Below, piece by piece: positions 27,880 to 38,660 of a stretch of 64,000 nucleotides of DNA. Position 1 is the first letter of the stretch, and each line of letters starts with the position of its first letter. The stretch is from Lama glama (taxonomy: Eukaryota): the NCBI GenBank assembly GCA_028534125.1, contig CM052817.1, positions 90,522,001-90,586,000 on the forward strand. Direction: 5' to 3'. The notes under the pieces are model-generated. The model was given only the letters and a program-made list of their open reading frames with translations, searched no databases and was not told the origin of the DNA. Position numbers and translations under genes: made by a program.

Positions 27880-28390
27880 TCACTGGTCTGTGCCATCTCC
27901 CTTACACGGGGTAAAGACCAAAGTCTTGAACATTGCCCAGTAAGCTCTCTACAACTGCTCTTCTCCAGAGGTGCATTATGTACTTTGTCCTGTGTTCTAG
28001 TTGCTCTGGTCTTGAACTTATATTCTTAAACAAACCTTGCTTCTTTCTGGCTCAGGGCCTCTATCACACAGTCCACCTTGCCTGTAACGCTCTGCATCCT
28101 CCCTCCACGTTACCTGGCTCGTGAGCGCCCAGCCTTCCATATCAGTCATACTACATCCTTAGGAAAGCCTTCCCCAACCTCCTAGACCAGATCACATCTG
28201 GGTATGCTGCCTTCTAGCACCCGAGACTTACCCTAATTCTTAACAATCCATTTGAATGATTATGAAAAAATACACTGTGCCCTCAACTTCACAAAGCAGA
28301 GGCAGTACCAGCTGCGAGCACGGTCTCCCCAGCACCCATCATACTGCTTGGCGTAGGGAAGGTGTCTAGTGAATTTCTGTTTAATCAATA
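27880..28390 (+). mobile_element. Degraded L2 fragment
   Basis: 'ctcagggcct...ccttaggaaagccttcccc...ctccccagcaccca...tgcttggcgtagggaagg' resembles the L2 3' region. Confidence 0.55.
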
Positions 28391-30653
28391 ATTAAATTTT
28401 GATTTTAACACATTGAGTAACAAATTCTGAAAAGAACACAGCAATGGGGGAGTAAGAAGAAAACAAAAGTTTAAGACAGAATTCAGAACATGAAATAAAT
28501 TTGTACATTGTGTTTAGACTTTAGGAAATAGAATACATAACGATAATAACAACATGTTGTTCTATAATTATAATGTTAATTACTTTGACAAAAGTAAGAT
28601 TAGTTTCTCTTATTTTTAAGAAAAACTAGAATGAGAGGAAAACAACCGGCTTGCTCACACATTTCTTAGGGTTATACTCATTTATACTTAATTTATATTT
28701 CATTACAGCTGGAGGGTATTTCAATTTTTGTAATAATTTAACCTGAATTAACACCTTTGAAATCTTGTTTCATGTCTTTTGGAGATTAATAAATCTTCAA
28801 AGCTAAAATTTTAAGGGTATTGAAACCTAATTATATTTTATTTCTGAATTCTTTCAAACATCAAAAATTTTAAGATCATAGTTTTTAGTTAATGCCTGCT
28901 GGTGACCAGGTGTTTTTAAGCTTAAGACTATAGAAACAAAAAAGTGGCTATGAAGACCTGACCTTCAAAGTCAGATTTCTAGAGTCTGCAAATACAATTT
29001 GTAGGGCACGTGGGGACAAAAACAACAGTATAGTTATCCATGACCTGCCCACCTATCCCAGGATCCATCATCTCAATTTTTTATAAATTAGATATAGCTT
29101 AAAAATTAAAGTAGAAAATTACTAGATGCAGTTCGGTTGCAAAAGTCTTTTGTGAACCTAAATCAGCATGTTTAAGAACCTAATGTTAGTGTTTAAAAAT
29201 TATTAGCCATTATAGGTTATATAATTTTTCCTACACATTTTCCTTAAATATATTTCCAGTCATATTCATTCATTTAAAAGTAAGTATATCTACATATCAT
29301 ATGGTTTGTATTTCTTTTCAAAACTGCTTAAATTTAACAGGTGCAAAAGTTATTAGTTTCCTTTTTCACTCTTTTCCCAAAATATGCCATCCGGAATAAG
29401 TGCTATTTAATCTCCCATGTCTACTTCAAAGAGAAATTTGGTCATCAGAAATATAGATTTTCTTCTGCTCTCCAATTCAGACCATTAGATTTGTTTTCAA
29501 ATTAGTATTCTGAAAAGGATAGCTTATCAAGAATATAGGAACGTAAATGTTTTTTCATGGGAAGAGATCATGGTAGGTCATTTGCTCATTTCCTCTATTC
29601 AAGACCCACCTACCAACATGGAGTGAGGAGCAGGGCGGGGTGGGGGTAGGGGAGAAAGAGAGAAGGCACAAAAGCAGACAGAGACTGAAACTCCTCAGTT
29701 TTCTCACAATCTGGAGGTAGGACATGTCACAGAATTCCGCAGAATCTAATGGATTGCTTACATTTAGAGGTGATACAAACTGCTTCTAAAAAAACGCTTA
29801 TCATGAAACCTAATGATGAAAGTTATTTGTTCATTTATTGAATTTATGAATCTAAACACTAACTGAGTACCTGTTACGCTTTAGTCAGTAAAAGACGGTA
29901 AAAAAACTAACTGCAAGTCCAGGAAAAGAAAGTTACCAAGCAAATCAGTTACAACGGTGTACGATGAGTTCCACAAAGAGGTGTGCCCCGGATGATGAAG
30001 ATGGTCAGGAGTCAGGTCCTGAGCCAGCTGGGGGAAAGTTTCTGGAAGAGATGACTTTTGAACCCAATTCTGAACATTGGGTAGAAGTGTGCGATGCTGG
30101 GCATGGGAGACAGAAACGGGGAGCAGAGGAGTATCGTTCCTGTCGGAATCTGCAGTGTGTCAGGTGAAGCAATGGCATCCTTCCTCAACCACTAAGAAGA
30201 CATTTACTATTGTGGCAGCAAATATGGAAGTGGTCATTCATAGCTGGAGAAAGTAATGTGGCAGATTATGGAAAGCCCTGCATGTTACACAGAAGTGTGG
30301 ACTTTACCCACCCAGAAAAACATAAATGTGAAACCATTGAGGATTTTTACCATATTTGTGTTTTAGAAAGAACGTGCTGGGAAAACTCTTGCAGGCTGAA
30401 TTAGAGTTAGACAAGAGATGAGACTTTAGTTAAGAGGCAGGAAAAAAGACTAAGTAGCCAAATGCTTCAGAGCACAGGACAGATGGGTAGGCCACGAGGA
30501 AGAAGAATATCTACAGTGTTTGATGAATCTGCCACCACTTTCAGGAAATTGCTGTTAAGTGGGATACTTCAACAAATTCACAGAATCAGTGATAGAAAAA
30601 CCCAATCACTAAAACCAAAGCCTTCAACTTAATAGAATGTATATCGCTTTAAA

Positions 30654-30706
30654 AACACACACACACACATCATGACTTTTATTAGGTAAGCTATCAAATG
30701 TTTATT
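30654..30706 (-). terminator. Distal polyadenylation signal(s) of SLC7A11
   Basis: Minus-strand AATAAA at 30701-30706 and again at 30678-30683, followed downstream by a (TG)n GU-rich tract at ~30654-30669. Confidence 0.7.
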
Positions 30707-33700
30707 TCATTTCCATTTAAAATATTTCAACTAAAAATAAGTACAGAAATACATACACAAAGGTTGAAGCAACTAGAAGCGTGACAGGAATATATATACA
30801 TAAACACAATTGAAATTAAATTCAATGCAACATTGAGTGACATCATATTGCACCAAAATTTATTCCATACAAAAACACATGCATCAAGAGTTTCCATCAG
30901 ATGAAAAAGCACACTTATTTCATAGTATCTTACCACTTACACCAATAGCCCATAAACACCATCTGGCACTGTGATTGCTGTACCAGAACTCTCCCCAGAG
31001 GCAAATCATTAATCTGTAGAAAAATCCATTTTATTTCATGTATTACATGCTGGCAGAGGCATCAGTGCCAGAGAACCCTAAGAAACACAGCACGATCCAC
31101 AAATCAAAGTCCCTTTGCACCATTTATATTTTCATAGTTAAATATCTTAGCACCTCTAATATGGTTGGGCTAAAGATGAAGAAAAGGAATTTGGGTTTTT
31201 AAGAATTTATCAATCTGAGACATTGTATAAAATTTGTATGAAAGACGCACAATCTCCTTTACCAAGTTTCCTTATCACAGTGCCAGGAGGAAGAAATGCC
31301 ACCACAGATGAGGACAATTTAGGACATTAAGGCTCACTCTCCCTCAGCTGGATTTCTTGTTGTATTTTATAGCACAAGGCCAAACCCACCTCTCCCCCCA
31401 CTCCTCAATCTGGGGAATGGTACGAGGTCATGACAGATGCATTCCAGATCCAAGTGAAGGGATAGAGCTGGTCTATAAATTACCATCTAAGCACAGATCA
31501 AAGAGACAGCTGCCAGCACGGCCCTCCAGAATAACCTACTACTTTCCCACTGGGCTAAATTCATTCCTTCGGTGCAAATTACTGATGCTTGTCACAGACT
31601 AAGAAAGACATTTAGATACATTCACATACAGTTCCTAATACTATGTTGACACAGACATACCAATACATACGGAGTTTTCTATTCCTTGATAGTTGAAAAA
31701 GAAATGATTCTTACCAGGTCAAATTGTAACCCAAAGCTCACTAAACCCATTTTTATAGAGTCAATACAGATAAACACACAATAAAACAACATGAAAGATT
31801 CATCATGAGATGAACTCGGAGTCAACAACTGCAAATCATCCCTACCAGTGCATCACTACCATCTAATCCACCCTATGATAAGTAAAAATCAAGCTCTAGG
31901 AAACCCAGAGTCAAGCCTTTGTCAGAAAACTAGGACAAATTCAATTCACGAAGTATTCAATACATGAAGCTACTTGTCTTTCCTCTTTCTTTGACTTATT
32001 ATAAAACCACAGGTAGTTAACATTTAGCATCAGCAAAAAATTCTACATGTTTGTTCATTAGTTTGGCATAAAAAGAAGACACCGTATTACATGGTAATAA
32101 GCAATGTTTTTTTAAACACCTGATGCTCATGTTCGCAGAGTTCCCAAAATGCTGAGAGGTACTACTGAAAATTCATTACTATTGTGCTACAATTCATCTA
32201 CAAAAAGATAGAAATTTGGGGCAAATGCCTGTGTTCAAAATAACCAAGAATAAAGTGATACGTCACTCTTTTAACTTAGATAATGTCAAAAGATGAACCC
32301 TGTTTTCAAACTGTAAGTATCAATAGTTAAATTCTAAATTTATAGCAGTAGTAATAACATTCACAAGGGAAAACTATTAACTAAAAAAGTTCTCCAAGAA
32401 GAGAATCAAAATAATCTGGGATGACTTAAAATTTTTAGAGGGTTCTTGTGGTTTACATGATAACCATAGCACTATAGAGCAATTTAAAAAGAGCAATTTA
32501 AAAGTGCTATGTGGTAGTGTTTGAAATCATTAATATACACAGTAGTTTAATGTAGATCATTTCTATTTTGTTATAAGCATACACTCATTTTAAACAATCT
32601 GTGTTCTATTTCTCCAAAGTATTTTTACTTTATATTACAATATCCAGTAAGCAGAAAATTGGAATGTAGGAGACATGTTAGGGAAAAAAATAATTCAGAA
32701 ATCCTTTAAAATAAATCAGTTTAAACCTAGAACCAGGGAACCACATCGCATTGGCCCCTGGTGCAACACGAATGTGCTTCTGAGCATGCACAGAAGAACG
32801 TTACTCAGTAGGAATAAGTGACGTCTCACTTCACAAACCCTCATTTAAGTCAGGCCCCTCACAACCCAACCAATTATATAGCTGTAACATCCAAAGCCCT
32901 AATCTGTTTTCCCACAAGATGCTGTGCAAAATATCCTGCTGCACAAAGTACTCTGAACACAGTCACTGCTGCAAAAGAGATTACTGTGCATTAGTTTTTA
33001 GATTTTTGGTTTTTTTCCTTTCTTTCTCTTTAGCATTCAACATGGCCTTTAGAGGCTTCAACAAGAGGTAATAAGGACTCAGGGGGCAAGTCTTCGAATG
33101 AAGAAATTAACTCACTTGAAAGTTATACTTTTAAAAATAAAATCAGTAGTGTATATGTTGAGGGAAAAAAAAGTATATTCACTTTAAAACCAGTGTATCC
33201 ATCTGTATGGCTCCCAGATACCTAATGCGCCACAGTTTCTTGAGAGAATTGCTATCTATAAAACTGCTAAGGCAGTTATTGATACTCCAAATGTTCCCTT
33301 GATTCAAGTAGCCAAAATACACACATGTAACACATAACTGGAGACTGTCACCATCCTCCAGTGATATTTTAAAGCCAATGATAATAGAGAGAAGGAGGGG
33401 GGAATTCCCAAGGAAGTAATCTAAGTGATAGTTTCACACTACAAATATCAGGTAATTATATCAATTTAAGACTCATTTCTATCTTGAAAATGTAATTGTA
33501 TAAATTTATACAGGTAGTTGTATAAATTTAAATTTAGACTCACTCCTATCTTGAAAATATCATGTCAAAAAATAAAAGACAAAACAAAGGGAATCGTTGA
33601 TTCATTCAAAAAAACAGAAATGGTTCAAAAAGATCAAGTTAATATCCTGATGAGGACGTAGAGAAAGACAGTATCTCACAACATACGGAAAACTGGAGAA

Positions 33701-36700
33701 CTTTCTGTGAGACCACATTGTACACCTTCGTGAATTTGTATCAGATCTAAAAACAAACCAAGCATTTCTTTTTAGACTCCAAATAATTTGAAAATGCAAC
33801 AAAAAGAAGGATTATCTCCCCAGATTGGCTATTAAAATATTGTTTTAAGTACAGTACTAATAAAATATAGAGGTTACAATTTTAGGTATTAAATATATTG
33901 GGATAAAGTAAAACTACTATATGGGAAATTTAACCTAAAATACATTTATAGGTAATAATTGTTTTACCTATATATAAATAATGTAAACAGAAGCTGTCAC
34001 GATGACTCATTATCTACTCTAATTTGTATCCGCTGTGGGCTTCTTGTCAGTTGCACAATGCCATGCTTTTATTCCTGACTTTGAATGGTTAGGAAAGTAA
34101 AATGTAACTTTGTAAACATTATCAGCACTGACATAAAGCATGTCACATAGGGTAAAATATAGCAAGGTTTTATTTAAGTAAAATCAAATTTCTGGACTCA
34201 TCTACATTCGAACCCCAAATCTCTCTATATTTCTTTCCAGACTTAAAAAAAAAAAAGCTACAATTAAATTCCCATTCTTTGTTTATCTATCATTCAGAAC
34301 TGACACATAAAATATGTCAACAGTGACACTTTCTCCTTATATATCACATATAATAAATATTATGAGAAAGTTACTTACATAGAGAGATTTCAGTTAACTC
34401 ACTACTTTATTACTTGAATATGTATCCTACAAATCCTCCATGCTTATTTCTAAAAGAAAAAGTAATGGGGATACTTTGATCTTTCTCACCGGGACAGATG
34501 CAGATTTTGTAGGGTCAGAAGTATATATAATTTTGCTAACCTTCTTTCGGAAAATTAATACAAAATTCCTAATGCAAAATTAAGTACTGGACCAGGGAAG
34601 GGGCATGTGTAAGTGAGGGGCACTGAAGCTTACATTTCATTAGTTTCTCGGGATAGCCACCTGTGTACAGCAGACCGTTTTTTAATACTTCTCTGTCTAT
34701 ATTGCATTATAAACTAGACAAAAATATTGCTACCTCTAATCATATACTACCTTTCATTTCCAGCTACTCTGGCCTTCAGTTTTCTGTCTTTTCATAATCT
34801 ATGCTTCAATTATAAGAAATCAAATATTGGTCAGAGATGCTCCCTTTATCAGTCTGTATTACATTCATCTCAAACAGAGATAAATGAATGAGTTTCCTGA
34901 AGACTGATTACAGTTCAACATAGAATTCCATTGAGTTATATAATTGTACTCTTGTTAACCATCTGTTCATATATCAAATAGCAATTGGGAAAACAACCGT
35001 ATCAGACACAAAGGACAATCTGGAAATTTGTTTCAATGTACTTATTTTAGTGTTAGAGAAACTACCATAAATTGCTAATGGAACCTAATAATCTGTCCTA
35101 ATTTTGTGCTTGCAGGGGCCGAGGAGACACAGTACAAGCAGACACGCATATATGTGCGTACACACATCTAACGTTTATGTTTGGTACCAGAGTCCAACAT
35201 CTTTCCTAGGACAAATCTTTAATCTCCTAAAGAAAGACAAGAACAGGGTCTACTTCCAGCTGACCAAGACACCATTTATAACAGTTTTCTTCTTGTGATC
35301 AAAGAAAACTCTCAGAAAAATAATCTAATACCTTTAAAAAGGGGTCAAAAACATTTACTGAAATATTCACAATTGTGTAAGGAAAATCATTCCATTTTTT
35401 ACATTAAACTGTTACAGCTTTGTAAGTCTTTACTAGATCTACTTAATTCATAATTAAATACTTGAGAATCTATGTACCAAAAAGCAGAACATTTGAAAAT
35501 AGTATTCTACTTGCCTTGAACTATATTGGCCACTTTTATCATTTGTGTTATAATACATTCATAAAATGTCTTTAAACATTTGAATAGGCACACTGGTACA
35601 AACATATCACATGTAGTAGTTCAATATATGAAAAAATATATATGAGAAAAAATTTTCTAAATATATGAGAAAAAAGTTTCTTAGTATAAAAATACACATA
35701 TGTGTAAAAATGTGCAGGAAAGTTTTCAAACTGGAATCTGCTTGACATAATACCATTCCAAATAAATGTTATGAGTATCAGTTTGGTGATTACATAAACC
35801 CTATATCTTGTCATTATGTAACCCAAAAATAAGTTGAAATGCAACTTAATCCTCACCACTTAAAAAAAAATTACTGACTGACTTTCCATCTGGTTAAAGT
35901 AGTATTACAATGGCATTACAAATTTAACAATGTAAAAATTATTCTAAAAATCATGAAAATAACAAGGAATATGTAACCTAGTGAGCTTGTATAGTGATAT
36001 ATTTAAAAAGAAATTAAAAACAAAACTAAACAAATAAATAAAATGAGGAGACCTATTTGCTACTTTGATATAAGCACATTAACCTCTGGAGTAAGCAAGA
36101 ACTATACACACTTCTCCATGAGACTTCACCTTTTTTTTTTTTTCATTAGAAAAGAAAAAAACTCCAGAAGAGTGTGCTGATTTAGATTATATAGGTCTAG
36201 ACTATAAAAAATAGGAATATAAAGGAAATCTATTTTTACCTCTAGCAACAAATTAATTTAGTGGAGACAGATATATACAAGTGGATATATGAAGTATAGA
36301 TTACAGATCAAATTTTGAAAACCCTATGAAAACCCAAGGTAGAAGAAAAAGGAAGGAATTTTTATGAGTTCACTTAAAGAGCCAGAGGTAAGGTTTGGCT
36401 GAAAAATTTTCAATCTTGGATATATAATAAATTGAAATTAACTAAATAGAATTTTGAAATTGAAATTAATGAATTGAAAATTAATTAATTGGAATTGACT
36501 CAAATTATCATCATTTCTACTTTGATCAATTGTTTACGAACTCTATATCTGCTCTTAATGATTTTAATCAGTGTAATTCTTCCGAAAATTCTTTTTTCAA
36601 ATAGACAAAAATTAAAGGATGAAAAATACTCTGGCTATAATTAACTATTTAATATGACATTTATGTAAATAATAGTTAACAAATTTCATCATTATATTAT

Positions 36701-38114
36701 TCTTATTTGGAAATTCCACAATATTTTCTAAGCCTAACATAATAATACCCGTCTGAATACACACACTCCATGCAGAGTTTCTCCTTCTTTCAGAGAACTT
36801 GTTATCAGTTACCTCTTTTACAATTTAAATGATAATTAAGGTGAGGCAATTACTGACAAAGCCTAGATACAGTAGTGGTAAAATTTTTAGAAACAGTTGT
36901 AAATCTTACTTAGCAGTGACATTTCTTCCTTAATTTTTATGTAAATATATGCCTTTTCCTAATTGATATGGACAGTATTATCCAAAGAGATATTTTAACA
37001 CAGTATAAAATGTATAAAGAAAATGTACAAACTGTCAAAATTCATCACCATGCAAAAATAGCTATGAAACTAAAAAACTGTTCAGAATCACTAACATTGC
37101 ATATAGAACTACAGAGCTAGGTATAATATGTTGAGGATTCTGTTTCTTGGTGATTTTCTGTCTTATATTGATATCATAACTTGAAAACTTTTAAATGCAC
37201 ATATTTAGATATATTTACCAAAGGGTAAATTATTAGTGAAACCACTGAATTGTGCTTAAGAGGCTTTAATTCCAAATTGACTATGGCTTTGCTCTCAAAA
37301 AGGTGTTATACATCCTTTCCTGATCAAATCAGTGGCTGTGAAATCAAAAGAGCACGTAACCACAGAGGTTTCTGATGATGAGTGAAGAAAACCTAACATA
37401 AATTCTCAAAAACTTGTTTACTTAAACATAATTCCTGGATTTTCCTCATCAACAATAGCCCCTAGAAACTTGGCTTTAATATACATTTATTAAAATTTAG
37501 CATACCCTCTCTGTTCTTCATTCAAAGTGCTCTGGGTATAATAATATTAAAAGATGAGTAGTATCTAAGTTGGTATCTGTGGGAAACAATGGAATGTCAA
37601 TGTAAAACAAATTTCTTTCTTTCCTCTGTCTGTAATGATGACATACACTTTTTTTCCCCATAAGAAGAGAAAACACTTTTCACAGTACAGTTATCGACAG
37701 TATATAAAAATTGTTTTTACAAAACCCATATATATAGAAAACATCTCAGTCTTTAGTTTGAAGGTTCTTAGCCGTAAGACATTCACAGGGAAAGATCCCT
37801 AAAGTAATTGTCCATTCTCTAGTCTTTTTCCCTGACCTCAACTGGTAGGTATCAGGGACACAAAAGTCATGTGAACTTGTGGTATAACTGCCTATCAGCA
37901 TTCTATAACTACACAGAGTTAAAACTAAATTTCTTAGAAACCAGCTAGTTTGAATACACTAGAAGACAGAAATAACTAATTTAGTCCATTCCCAAAGTTG
38001 CAATCCTCTGGATTTTCATAAAATGGAGTGAAGTTCCATTTTATTTTGTTTGTTTCAGCTCTTTGGGCAGAAACAAGGCCAAGGAGAGATTGCCAAGATT
38101 TCAAATGCATTAAT
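30682..38114 (-). other. SLC7A11: Long AU-rich SLC7A11 3'UTR (~7.4 kb, distal end approximate)
   Basis: AT-rich, repeat-poor stretch running from the stop codon to a poly(A) signal. SLC7A11 is known to have a multi-kb 3'UTR in mammals. The cleavage site is inferred. Confidence 0.75.
34489..34665 (-). mobile_element. MER53-like MITE inside the 3'UTR
   Basis: attttgtagggtcagaag...aatacaaaatt...aagtgaggggcactgaagctt...cattagttt matches the reverse complement of MER53 as recalled. Confidence 0.7.
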
Positions 38115-38182
38115 TCATAATTTTTGGCAATCTTCTTCTGGTACAACTTCCAGTATTATTTGTAATGTTCTGGTTATCTTGT
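38115..38182 (-). CDS. SLC7A11: SLC7A11 terminal exon (exon 12), coding part, 68 bp including TGA
   Basis: Pyrimidine tract plus TAG acceptor (AG at 38183-38184). G|AC completes Asp, then KITRTLQIILEVVPEEDCQKL-TGA (stop 38115-38117). Confidence 0.96.
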
Positions 38183-38660
38183 CTACAAAAAAATAAAGAA
38201 GAGAAATTAAAAATGCATAGAAATCAGAAATGTACAAAAAAACAGCAAAATGTGAATTATCTGGGGTTGAATACTGAAAACACGCAACTGCCTACTTCAT
38301 AGAGCACTTTCAAGAATTATTTATTTCATTAGAACCCTATCATGTTCAATTAATGTATTTGTCACTTCTATAACTTCCCATGATGGCTTCTCAGCAAGAA
38401 TACACTAATATTTTGTATTCAAATAAGGACTTTTATTCATGAACCAGGGGGGACTGAAAATATTTTGAGACAACAGGACCAAGATATAAATAAATGTTCA
38501 AAAATACACTTCATATTCAGTCTAAAATTGGTTTGTTGCTTTTGCACCTAGAAGAATCAGAAGCATCACAATGCACTTTCCAGTCTCAAATGGGTAGTGT
38601 ATTGAGCAAAACATCTTATCTCCTAGGGCCTTGTTTGCTTCATCTGCGGCAGGAGGGACT

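Noticed and set aside
1..30600. Exons of an SLC7A11-AS1-like antisense lncRNA
   Set aside because: Known in human, but no exon can be supported from sequence alone.
32476..32504. Short tandem duplication agagcaatttaaaa x2 (similar ones near 1275, 35630, 36430, 55887)
   Set aside because: Ordinary slippage duplications; no spacer-repeat regularity, not CRISPR-like.
38055..38114. Stop-codon read-through extension INAFEILAISPWPCFCPKS*
   Set aside because: UGA-A is not a known leaky context (UGA-CUAG) and 19 open codons is unremarkable.
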